From the IMG/VR virus record IMGVR_UViG_3300045988_134855: a stretch of DNA of 37,761 nucleotides, one strand, 5' to 3'. Shown here piece by piece: positions 9,669-17,364 of this stretch. A program made the translations under genes and the position numbers. The stretch comes from a virus. The notes beneath the pieces were generated by a model, which ran no database searches, was not told the DNA's origin, and saw only the letters and a program-made list of their open reading frames with translations. The stretch's first letter is position 1. The number at the start of each line of letters is the position of its first letter.

Positions 9669-9990
9669 AAAAATAGTAGTAGACAATATAAAGTTTGAAA
9701 GTAATCTAGAAGCAACAAGATATAAAGAATTAAAGCTGTTGCAGAGAGCAAAACAGATAAGTAACTTAAGACTGCAAGTACCATTTCTGTTACAAGAAGG
9801 ATTTAAAAAGAACGGTAAGACGCACAGAGAGATAAAGTATATAGCAGACTTTGTTTATGAAGAGAATGGACAAACAATTGTAGAAGACACAAAAGGAATG
9901 AAAACAGAGACATTTAAGATTAAGCAGAAATTATTTGAGTATAAGTATCCAGATTTAAATTTGAAAATTATTACAAGGGAGGAAATATAA
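9649..9990 (+). CDS. DUF1064 family phage protein (putative resolvase-like)
   Basis: NRKIVVDNIKFESNLEATRYKEL...EIKYIADFVYEENGQTIVEDTKGMKTETFKIKQKLFEYKYP. Confidence 0.88.
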   Translation: MNKYKNRKIVVDNIKFESNLEATRYKELKLLQRAKQISNLRLQVPFLLQEGFKKNGKTHREIKYIADFVYEENGQTIVEDTKGMKTETFKIKQKLFEYKYPDLNLKIITREEI

Positions 9991-10451
9991 TGGCATTTGA
10001 TTTAGATGAAGAAGAATTAAAGACTACAAGAAAAATGAACAAAGCAGATAGAAATGAGATAGAAGTTGGAGAATATGTGAGAACAAAAGACGGAAGGATA
10101 GCTCAAATTAAAAGCATAGATTATGAAGCTGGAATATATAGATTTGACAGAATTATTTATATCAATGATTTTAGAATGAAAGAAGACGTACTTTACAGTA
10201 ATGAAATGTTTAAAAAGGTGATAGTAAGACACAGCAAACAACTAATAGATTTAATAGAAGTTGGAGATTTTGTAAACGGATATAAAGTTATATCAGTAGA
10301 TTATGATGTAATGAATGATACAACAGAATGTATTGAATTAGATTTAAACAGCAATTATCAATATAATTTTATATCAATAAGACAAATAAAAACAATACTA
10401 ACGAAAGAACAGTTTGAGACTAATTGTTATGAAATAAAGGAGGAAGAATGA
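9990..10451 (+). CDS. Hypothetical protein, paralogue of the next ORF
   Basis: Shares the VxHSKQLIDLIExGDxVNGxxI...IKTILTKExxxxNCYxx block with 10448..10804. Confidence 0.6.
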   Translation: MAFDLDEEELKTTRKMNKADRNEIEVGEYVRTKDGRIAQIKSIDYEAGIYRFDRIIYINDFRMKEDVLYSNEMFKKVIVRHSKQLIDLIEVGDFVNGYKVISVDYDVMNDTTECIELDLNSNYQYNFISIRQIKTILTKEQFETNCYEIKEEE

Positions 10452-10804
10452 TGGATAATGAAAAATTTGGAATATGGGGAAGAACTAATCTAGGCGAAAT
10501 TTTTAGATTTGCTTGGATAGAAGATAGTTTTGGTGTTGTTTATGATAGAAAAATTATGTTACTTGATAATGATGGCAACAATCCAGAAGAATACTGTCTT
10601 AATTACGAAGAACATATAATAAAACACAGTAAAAAACTAATAGACTTAATAGAAGAAGGGGACTATGTAAATGGAGAATTAATAACAGATAAATGGGATA
10701 CAAGAGTATCAAGTATTAGAAGTAATTTTAGTGAAGAAGACATAAAAACAATACTAACAAAAGAAAGTTATATGGCTAATTGCTATAAAGTAGGAGGAGA
10801 ATAG
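10448..10804 (+). CDS. Hypothetical protein, paralogue of the upstream ORF
   Basis: HSKKLIDLIEEGDYVNGELITDK...DIKTILTKESYMANCYKV. Confidence 0.6.
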   Translation: MMDNEKFGIWGRTNLGEIFRFAWIEDSFGVVYDRKIMLLDNDGNNPEEYCLNYEEHIIKHSKKLIDLIEEGDYVNGELITDKWDTRVSSIRSNFSEEDIKTILTKESYMANCYKVGGE

Positions 10805-10806
10805 AT

Positions 10807-11067
10807 ATGTTAAAAATAAGAGATGATGTAGATTTAAAAGAACTTGAAAGATTTCATTTTACACACCATGATAAACAAGATGCAAAAATTTGTTATTATA
10901 GACCAATGCTTTTAGTTAAGAAAAAAATACCAATTTTAGTAGAAATATTTAAAGATAGGACAATTGATTTTCAATTACCTTTAGATTGTACCATAGAAAA
11001 ACAAGAAATATGTTTAGAAGAATATATACAAGATTTAATCAGAGCCAATTTAGTAGTAAAGGAGTAA
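10807..11067 (+). CDS. Small hypothetical protein (copy 1 of a duplicated family)
   Basis: MLKIRDDVDLKELERFHF...LIRANLVVKE. Confidence 0.55.
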   Translation: MLKIRDDVDLKELERFHFTHHDKQDAKICYYRPMLLVKKKIPILVEIFKDRTIDFQLPLDCTIEKQEICLEEYIQDLIRANLVVKE

Positions 11068-11071
11068 AGTT

Positions 11072-11479
11072 ATGAAAAATATATTAGTAGAAAATTTAAA
11101 TTTAAAAGAAGGACACGCAGTATGTTTTGACTTTGATGGAGTTATTCATAAATATTCAAAAGGATGGCAAGACGGAAGTATATATGATGAACATAACAAA
11201 GAAATAATTAACTTAATGTGTTTTTTACAAAAAGCAGGAATACCGATTTTTATATGTTCTACAAGAGAACCAATGCAAATAATAAGTTGGTGGAATAAAC
11301 AAGGATTTTGGTGCGAGGCTGTAAGCATAAGTAATGACAAAACATTTTGGAATGATTTGAATTGCATAGGAGTAACAAACAGAAAATTGCCAGCACAATT
11401 ATATATAGATGATAGAGCATACAAATATAACGGACAAACAATGAAAAAAATAATATTAGATTTATCAGTAAAGGAGTAA
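11072..11479 (+). CDS. HAD-like hydrolase
   Basis: VCFDFDGVIHKY...LQKAGIPIFICSTREPMQIISWW...LYIDDRAYKYNG. Confidence 0.8.
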   Translation: MKNILVENLNLKEGHAVCFDFDGVIHKYSKGWQDGSIYDEHNKEIINLMCFLQKAGIPIFICSTREPMQIISWWNKQGFWCEAVSISNDKTFWNDLNCIGVTNRKLPAQLYIDDRAYKYNGQTMKKIILDLSVKE

Positions 11480-11485
11480 ATAGAT

Positions 11486-11719
11486 ATGTTAAAAATAAGA
11501 GATGATGTAGATTTAAAAGAACTTGAAAAGTTTGGATTTAAATACTTCGATAACTGTGGACAATATAAATTTACTGAAAGAAATATTGATGGTGCAACTT
11601 ATATTTATATAAATGTATGGAATAGGAAAATTGTATATAGACAAGAAAGAGAAAACGATAATATGTGTTTAGAAAAGTTATACAATTTAATCAAAGCAAA
11701 TTTAGTAGTAAAGGAGTAA
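11486..11719 (+). CDS. Small hypothetical protein (copy 2 of a duplicated family)
   Basis: MLKIRDDVDLKELEKFGF...LIKANLVVKE. Confidence 0.55.
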   Translation: MLKIRDDVDLKELEKFGFKYFDNCGQYKFTERNIDGATYIYINVWNRKIVYRQERENDNMCLEKLYNLIKANLVVKE

Positions 11720-11726
11720 ATAAGAA

Positions 11727-12189
11727 ATGTCAAGAATTGGGGGTGGAATGAAAAGAGTTAAAATTGGAGATAGGTTTGGAAGATTAAGTGTAGTTAAGGA
11801 ATTAAAAGAAAGAAGTAAAGATGGACACGTTGTATATGAGTGTAAATGTGATTGTGGCAATACTGTAAAAGTAAGAAGTAAAGAGCTACTTAATGGAGAT
11901 ACAGTTTCTTGTAAATGCTACCAAAAAGAACAAGTTAAAAAAAGATACAAAAATGGAACACAACCAGATAGAATTTTTAGTGATAAATTAAACAAAAATA
12001 ATAAATCTGGAATAAAACGGAGTGTGTTGGGATAAAAACAGAAATAAATGGATAGCAAGCTTTCAATATAAGAGAAAACATTATTATTTAGGAAGATACA
12101 ATACAATAGCAGAGGCAGAGAAAGCAAGAAAAAAATTTGAAAATGAAATAAGACAAAAACTAGGAGGTATTTTAAGTGGAAGAATGTAA
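11727..12189 (+). CDS. AP2-domain DNA-binding protein with N-terminal Cys-rich finger, recoded: +1 shift at CGG 12018-12020
   Basis: ...NKNNKSGIK + [C]GGA -> G-VCWDKNRNKWIASFQYKRKHYYLGRYNTIAEAEKARKKFENEIRQKLGGILSGRM*. AP2 consensus SGxxGVxW is restored only by skipping C12018. Confidence 0.88.
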
Positions 12190-12355
12190 TTTTATACGAG
12201 AAGATGATTATGATTATATTATATATGGGTGTAGTAATTGTAAAGAAGTGTGGTGTTTTGAAGATGGAACACCAGAAGATAATAGTTATAATTATTGCCC
12301 TAAATGTGGAGCAAAAATAGCAAAAGTTATTGAACTAGAAGAGGAGGACGAGTAG
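12176..12355 (+). CDS. Small zinc-ribbon protein
   Basis: GTG start; EECNFIREDDYDYIIYGCSNCKEVWCFEDGTPEDNSYNYCPKCGAKI, two CxxC knuckles. Confidence 0.6.
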   Translation: MEECNFIREDDYDYIIYGCSNCKEVWCFEDGTPEDNSYNYCPKCGAKIAKVIELEEEDE

Positions 12356-12630
12356 TGGAAAATAGTATAAAAGAATTTGAAATAAAATCAGTTGAAAGAA
12401 TACCACATAAATTAAAACAAGGTATCCTTTATGTATGCTTAGAATGTCAGGTAGCAGTTCATTTATGTGCGTGTGGGTGTGGAGAAAAAACAGTAACTCC
12501 ACTAGGAATAAACGGCTGGGCATTAATTTTCAGAGATGGAGAATTAAGCTTAAATCCAAGCATAGATAATTTTAATATTCCTTGCAAATCACATTATTTT
12601 ATAACAAATAATAAAGTTAGGTGGTGTTAA
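12355..12630 (+). CDS. Zinc-finger-like small phage protein
   Basis: LYVCLECQVAVHLCACGCGEKTVTPLG...GWALIFRDGELSLNPSIDNFNIPCKSHYFI. Confidence 0.65.
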   Translation: MENSIKEFEIKSVERIPHKLKQGILYVCLECQVAVHLCACGCGEKTVTPLGINGWALIFRDGELSLNPSIDNFNIPCKSHYFITNNKVRWC

Positions 12631-12631
12631 T

Positions 12632-12811
12632 GTGAAAGAAATAATTAAAGAAATTATAAAAGACACTAATATGACTACGGTTATAATAGGGATAGTAGAA
12701 GTGCTTATTGGAGCAATTTTAATTAAAATAACAATAGCAATTTCAGCAATGTTACTTATTCTAGGTGGAATGAATATAGGAAAAGGACTTTATGGTGGAA
12801 AGGAGAATTAA
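12632..12811 (+). CDS. Small hypothetical membrane protein
   Basis: GTG start; MKEIIKEIIKDTNMTTVIIGIVEVLIGAILIKITIAISAMLLILGGMNIGKGLYGGKEN. Confidence 0.45.
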   Translation: MKEIIKEIIKDTNMTTVIIGIVEVLIGAILIKITIAISAMLLILGGMNIGKGLYGGKEN

Positions 12812-12814
12812 AAA

Positions 12815-13072
12815 GTGAAAGAGAATGAACAGCTACGAACAGAAGTGAACAGCTTAAAGAAAGAGAATGAAGAATTAAATGAAAAAATATTAGACAATGC
12901 AGGAATATATCAACTAGGATTTAAAGACGGAGAAGAAAGCTATATTAAAAAAGTAAAAGACAAGATTAGAAAAAATGAAGAAATTATAGATATTAGTAAT
13001 GACGGAGACTTAATTCATGAATTATATCAAAAAAATAAAGTTTATGAAGAATTATTAGAAAGCGAGGAATAA
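12815..13072 (+). CDS. Hypothetical coiled-coil protein
   Basis: 85 aa ORF. Confidence 0.5.
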   Translation: MKENEQLRTEVNSLKKENEELNEKILDNAGIYQLGFKDGEESYIKKVKDKIRKNEEIIDISNDGDLIHELYQKNKVYEELLESEE

Positions 13073-13420
13073 ATGAACGAGGAAGAATTTGAAGAATTAT
13101 TTGGAAATACGCCGTTTGAGAACATAAAGAAAACACAACAGTACATAAATAAAAACTATATTCCAATTCAAAAAGTAAGAGAAATGAGAGATGAATTAGA
13201 TAGAACTAAAGCTGAATATATGAAATGGCAAAAACAAGAACTAGGACAAAAAGATAAAATAATAGATTTAATGGCAGAAACAATAAATAATCATGATATA
13301 GACGAAGACATCTGCAAACAAATGGGGCAAAAAGCAAATTGTAATGAATTTGAGGATACAGAAAAATGTAAAGAGTGTATAAAACAATATTTTGAAAATA
13401 AAGCAAAAGAAATCAGATAA
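13073..13420 (+). CDS. Hypothetical protein
   Basis: 115 aa ORF adjacent to the previous gene. Confidence 0.55.
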   Translation: MNEEEFEELFGNTPFENIKKTQQYINKNYIPIQKVREMRDELDRTKAEYMKWQKQELGQKDKIIDLMAETINNHDIDEDICKQMGQKANCNEFEDTEKCKECIKQYFENKAKEIR

Positions 13421-13436
13421 TCTGGAGGTACACGTA

Positions 13437-13583
13437 ATGGATAAAATAGAAATGGTTATGATAAATGGAGATACAGTAGTAAAAAAGCAGTTTGAGATAT
13501 TAGATAAAGATGGAGTCATAAGTTTTGAGTTAGGCAAGTTAACATTAGCAGTTAGAAAAGAAGATCTAAAAAAATATTTGTAG
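13437..13583 (+). CDS. Small hypothetical protein
   Basis: MDKIEMVMINGDTVVKKQFEILDKDGVISFELGKLTLAVRKEDLKKYL; RBS ggaggtac. Confidence 0.5.
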   Translation: MDKIEMVMINGDTVVKKQFEILDKDGVISFELGKLTLAVRKEDLKKYL

Positions 13584-13592
13584 GAGGTACAA

Positions 13593-13997
13593 ATGAGATT
13601 AAGCAATGAAGAGTATAAAGAAGCAAGTTTATGCTTAAAAAGGTATAACTACAATTGTCTAAAGATTATGAACATAAGAGCAGATATAATGAGCATAGGC
13701 TCTCCAGTATTAGACGGAATGCCTAAAGCACCATATAGCGTATCAGACAGAACATTAAAAGCAGTAATAGAACTTCAAGAAAACGAGCATTTGCAAAAAG
13801 CAATAAAAGAATACAAAGCAGTAGTACAAGCAGTAGAACTAGTTAACAAGGATAGTAAATACATATTCGAGGAATTTTATATTAAAAGCAAACCTAAATG
13901 GGAAATAATAAATTCTGGAATATCAGAAAGAACATTTGTAAGACGCAAAGGGGACTTAATATATGCAGTACATAAAGAATTAAAAAAGTTGGCGTAA
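13593..13997 (+). CDS. ArpU/RinA-like late transcription regulator
   Basis: Position before the late operon; C-terminal HTH-like KWEIINSGISERTFVRRKGDLIYAVHKEL. Confidence 0.65.
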   Translation: MRLSNEEYKEASLCLKRYNYNCLKIMNIRADIMSIGSPVLDGMPKAPYSVSDRTLKAVIELQENEHLQKAIKEYKAVVQAVELVNKDSKYIFEEFYIKSKPKWEIINSGISERTFVRRKGDLIYAVHKELKKLA

Positions 13998-14099
13998 AAT
14001 TGGCGTAAATTTGACAAAAAAATGTGTTAAAATAGTAGTAGGTCAAAAAGGAGTTAGAGAAATCTAGCTCCTTAAAAAAATAACAAAAAAATAATTTTA

Positions 14100-14142
14100 T
14101 TGACAAGTTTCGACAGACTTTTTAAGTAAAGCATGATAGAAT
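14100..14142 (+). promoter_or_regulatory. Putative late promoter with tandem TYGACA repeat
   Basis: TTGACA-AGTT-TCGACA-21 nt-TAGAAT; same architecture at 36734-36776. Confidence 0.55.
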
Positions 14143-14163
14143 CCTTTAAAAGGAGGTATAAAT

Positions 14164-14478
14164 ATGGAAGAAAAAGAATTAGAATCAATAAGAACCCAAT
14201 TAATGGTCGCTTTTGAAATTCCATTCAAGTATGCAAAAGTTGTCAATAAAGAGGGGATTATTGTAGAAATTAGGACAAAAGAAAACGGCCATAATATAGA
14301 ACATTGTCATGTCACATATAGAGACAAAGAAATATCAATTTCATTAATTGATTATAAAGTTTTATCACAGACAAAAATGAATGAAAAAGAAATTACGGCT
14401 GTAACTAAATGTATTAAAGGTAACATAGATGAATTGAGAAACATATGGAAAAAATATCATAACAAAATTGAATTGTAA
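14164..14478 (+). CDS. DUF4160-like protein
   Basis: VEIRTKENGHNIEHCHVTYRDKEISISLIDYKVL. Confidence 0.55.
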   Translation: MEEKELESIRTQLMVAFEIPFKYAKVVNKEGIIVEIRTKENGHNIEHCHVTYRDKEISISLIDYKVLSQTKMNEKEITAVTKCIKGNIDELRNIWKKYHNKIEL

Positions 14479-14501
14479 GAGCTTATAAAATAAGTTCTTA
14501 C
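14475..14501 (+). terminator. 12-bp hairpin overlapping the stop codon of the preceding ORF
   Basis: GTAAGAGCTTAT-AAA-ATAAGTTCTTAC. Confidence 0.45.
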
Positions 14502-14510
14502 AACTAATAA

Positions 14511-14537
14511 AGAGCTTACAAATGTAGGCTCTTTTAT
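14511..14537 (+). terminator. Intrinsic terminator
   Basis: AGAGCTTACA-AA-TGTAGGCTCT followed by TTTTATT. Confidence 0.65.
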
Positions 14538-14559
14538 TATGCAATAAGAAGATAATAAT

Positions 14560-14664
14560 AATACTAAATAAATTATTATACCAGTTGCTAGGTCGCTCCT
14601 AGATATGCGTAGTATAAAGTGTGAGGAACCTACGTTGAAAATAAAATTAAAACCTCCTACATAT
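14560..14664 (+). ncRNA. Possible structured 5' RNA element preceding the tRNA-like gene
   Basis: No ORF. TTATAC...GTATAA, CTAGG-TCGCT-CCTAG hairpin, GTAG...CTAC and ATATG..CCTACATAT pairings; shares the ATATG...CTCCTACATAT architecture with the element at 14806-14925. Confidence 0.35.
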
Positions 14665-14740
14665 TGCGATTGTAGAGAACTGGAATCTCGTTAGCCTCAT
14701 AAGCTAAAGGCAGTTGGTTCGATTCCAACCATCGCAACCA
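14665..14740 (+). tRNA. tRNA with CAU anticodon (Met/Ile-type), atypical acceptor stem
   Basis: D stem GAGA/TCTC, anticodon stem TTAGC-CTCATAA-GCTAA, T arm GTTGG-TTCGATT-CCAAC, encoded CCA. Acceptor TGCGAT(T)G/CATCGCA needs a bulged T. Confidence 0.8.
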
Positions 14741-14762
14741 AGAAAAAGAAATATCTTTTACG

Positions 14763-14794
14763 GAGCTATGTTCATAGAACGTGGCTCTATTTTT
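14763..14794 (+). terminator. Intrinsic terminator after the tRNA
   Basis: GAGCTATGTTC-ATA-GAACGTGGCTC followed by TATTTTT. Confidence 0.75.
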
Positions 14795-14805
14795 CTATAA
14801 TTTAG

Positions 14806-14925
14806 TATGCAGTGATAAAAAATAATATGTTTAGGTTTTAACGCAGGTAATACTACGGTTTTATGGGTAACTGTTAAAGAACTTAACCCCACGGGGAGAG
14901 CATAGCTCCTACATATCATTGCATA
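14806..14925 (+). ncRNA. Putative structured RNA closed by a long terminal helix
   Basis: TATGCAGTGAT (14806-14816) pairs with ATCATTGCATA (14915-14925); ATGT(TT)AGG pairs with CCTACAT; internal TTTAAC/GTTAAA, CCCCACGGGG and GAGC-ATA-GCTC hairpins; no ORF. Confidence 0.5.
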
Positions 14926-15111
14926 GTGAATTATAAAACACAAAAGAGGTATTTTATGAAAGGTAGTATAATAGCGTCTTATATAGACGAAGAATATAAA
15001 ATAAGAAAAGCATACGCAAACAAGAAGAGACAAAAGTGTATTGTTGAGGGAGAAAAGCAATGTGAGAAATGTGCATATTTTGAGATTTGTGTAGATGTAA
15101 AGGAGAAATGA
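14926..15111 (+). CDS. Small Cys-containing hypothetical protein
   Basis: 61 aa; KQCEKCAYFEICVDVKEK; likely start downstream at 14956. Confidence 0.4.
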   Translation: MNYKTQKRYFMKGSIIASYIDEEYKIRKAYANKKRQKCIVEGEKQCEKCAYFEICVDVKEK

Positions 15112-15112
15112 A

Positions 15113-15466
15113 ATGAAGTTTAAAATAAATAACAGAACATGGACAATAGAAGAAAAATCACAAAGTGAAATAAAAAGGATACAAAATCAAAGAAGAGCGA
15201 ACGAAGAAGAAAACATAAAAAGCATAACTCCAAGATACTATGGAGTTACATATTGTGATATACAAGAAATATATTTAGATAAGGATTTGCCAATAGACAG
15301 AAAGAAAGCTACTTTGATACATGAATTGACACATTGTTATATAGATAATTATATAACACATGATGCAAAAGAATATTCAGAAGAAGACGTTGCTGATATA
15401 GTATCAAATTCTTATGATATTATTCACGAAATAGTAGATGAGTATTTTAAAGGAAATAAAGATTAA
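15113..15466 (+). CDS. Zincin-like metallopeptidase domain phage protein
   Basis: KKATLIHELTHCYIDNYI (HELTH motif). Confidence 0.7.
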   Translation: MKFKINNRTWTIEEKSQSEIKRIQNQRRANEEENIKSITPRYYGVTYCDIQEIYLDKDLPIDRKKATLIHELTHCYIDNYITHDAKEYSEEDVADIVSNSYDIIHEIVDEYFKGNKD

Positions 15467-15488
15467 ATAGAAAGAGAGGTAATCTTAT

Positions 15489-16040
15489 ATGACAGATGCA
15501 CAAAAAAGATTTTGTGATGAGTATTTAGTAGATCTTAATGCAACAAGAGCATATAAGGTTGCTTATCCAAAATGTAAAAAAGACGAAACGGCTAATGCAG
15601 CATCAAGTAGAATGTTAAGAAATGTTAAGGTTCAAGAATACATATCTGAAAAACAGAGAGAGATAGAAAAAAGAACAGAAGTTACACAAGATATGGTAAT
15701 AAAAGAGTTAGCTAATATAGCTTTTTTTAATATAAAGAACATATATAATGGCAATGGAACATTAAAAGCCATAAAAGATATTGATGAAGAAACAATCAAA
15801 GCAATATCAAGTGTAAAGGTCCTACAAAAAGCTGGTGCAATGAAAATAAGCATAGATATGAAAGGAAAAGACAATGAAGTTCCTATTGAGCATATTCAAG
15901 AACAAACAATAGAGTTTAAGACAAACGACAAAGTAAAAGCATTAGAACTGTTGGGAAAACATTTAGGAATGTTCAACGACATAAATGTAAATATGAAAAA
16001 TGCTGTACAAGTAGAGTTGGTAGATGATGTTAGTGAATAA
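15489..16040 (+). CDS. terS: Terminase small subunit
   Basis: MTDAQKRFCDEYLVDLNATRAYKVAYPKCKKDETANAASSRMLRNVKVQEYI. Confidence 0.95.
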   Translation: MTDAQKRFCDEYLVDLNATRAYKVAYPKCKKDETANAASSRMLRNVKVQEYISEKQREIEKRTEVTQDMVIKELANIAFFNIKNIYNGNGTLKAIKDIDEETIKAISSVKVLQKAGAMKISIDMKGKDNEVPIEHIQEQTIEFKTNDKVKALELLGKHLGMFNDINVNMKNAVQVELVDDVSE

Positions 16041-17353
16041 AGAAAGAATTAGTTTACAAGAAATGATTGGAAAAGGATATGCAACACTTTGGAACTTTAA
16101 AGGCGATGAAGCTATAATAATGGGCTCAAAAGGTAGCAAAAAATCAAAAACTATAGCTTTAAGGTGGATGAAACTTTTAAAACAATATCCTAGAGCTTGT
16201 TTACTAGCAATGAGAGATACAGCACTTACTATAAAAGATAGTGTATATGCAGATTTAGTTTGGGCAGCTAAAAAAATAAAAGTTTATGCCGAATGGAAAT
16301 TTACAACAAATCCATTGTTAGCGGTAAACAAATATACGGGGCAAAAGATATTTTTTAGAGGATTAGACGACTGGGAAAAGTTAGCATCAATAACAATAGA
16401 TGACCCTAATCTAGTTTTATGCTGGCGGTTGGTTCGAGGAAGCCTTTGAAATAGATAAAAAAGATACATATGATAAAGTAAAGATGTCTATAAGGGGTAA
16501 AATGCCAGAAGGATATTTCAATCAAACTGTGGCAAGTTTCAACCCTTGGAATGAACAGCATTTTATTGTAAAAGAATTAACAAGCAAACTAACACCGAAC
16601 GAACAAATACTAATAGAAAAAGGCAAACAAGAACTAATAATTGAAGATGAGCAAGAATTTGAATATCAAGGCAAAATGGTAAAAGAAAAAGTAAGTCAAC
16701 TATTGATGATAACAAATTATAAGCTAAATGAATTTTTGGATGTTAAAGATTATGCAAGATATGAAAAGAAGAAGAAAGAAGATTATGAAGATTACAAAAC
16801 ATCTGGCTTAGGAATACCTGGTGTAAGTAAAGGTTTAATATTTAGAAATTGGCATATAGAAGATACAGAAAAATATAAAAATACATTTGAATTAATTAGA
16901 AGAGGTCTGGACTTTGGATATAGTTCAGATCCTTCTGCTTTTTTGCAATTCAATGTAGATCTAAAAGCAAAAAGAATTGTTATTTTTGATGAATTTGGAG
17001 CTACAGAATTAACAAATGAAATGTTAGCAAATGAATTAAAAAGAAGAATAGAACCATATGCATTAATAAAAGCTGATGCAGCAGAACCTAAAAGTATAGC
17101 AGAATTAAATAATTTAGGAATAAATGCAATACCAGCACAGAAAGGACCTGATAGTGTGTTACATGGAATTAAATGGCTAAAAGGGTTTGAAATAATAGTT
17201 GATCCTAAATGTAAAGGATTAATAAATGAATTAGGATTATATAGGTGGAAAACAGATAAACAAGATAATCCATTAAATATACCAGAAGATAAAAACAATC
17301 ATTATATAGATGCACTAAGATATGGTAGTGATGATTTATATTTAAGAAATTAG
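16024..17353 (+). CDS. terL: Terminase large subunit (PBSX/Terminase_3 family), recoded: +1 shift at CGG 16426-16428
   Basis: ...DDPNLVLCW + [C]GGT -> G-WFEEAFEIDKKDTYDKVKMSIRGKMPEGYFNQTVASFNPWNEQHF...RRGLDFGYSSDPSAFLQ...KNNHYIDALRYGSDDLYL; 442 aa. Confidence 0.95.
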
Positions 17354-17364
17354 GAGGCAGTTAG

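Noticed and set aside
12176-12189. The GTG-start zinc-ribbon ORF as an alternative continuation that would make the AP2 frame break unnecessary
   Set aside because: It is in a different frame, begins at the very end of the AP2 domain, and does not encode the AP2 residues.
14665-14740. Phage tRNA as the CGG(N)-decoding suppressor
   Set aside because: The anticodon is CAU in a normal 7-nt loop. No CCG or NCCG anticodon loop was found in non-coding DNA of the window, so the decoder must be host-encoded or of another type.
16423-16434. Classical P-site slippage (prfB-like) at the CGG sites
   Set aside because: The preceding codons are dissimilar and mostly cannot re-pair in +1 (e.g. TGG->GGC, CCA->CAC), and no SD-like stimulator is shared.
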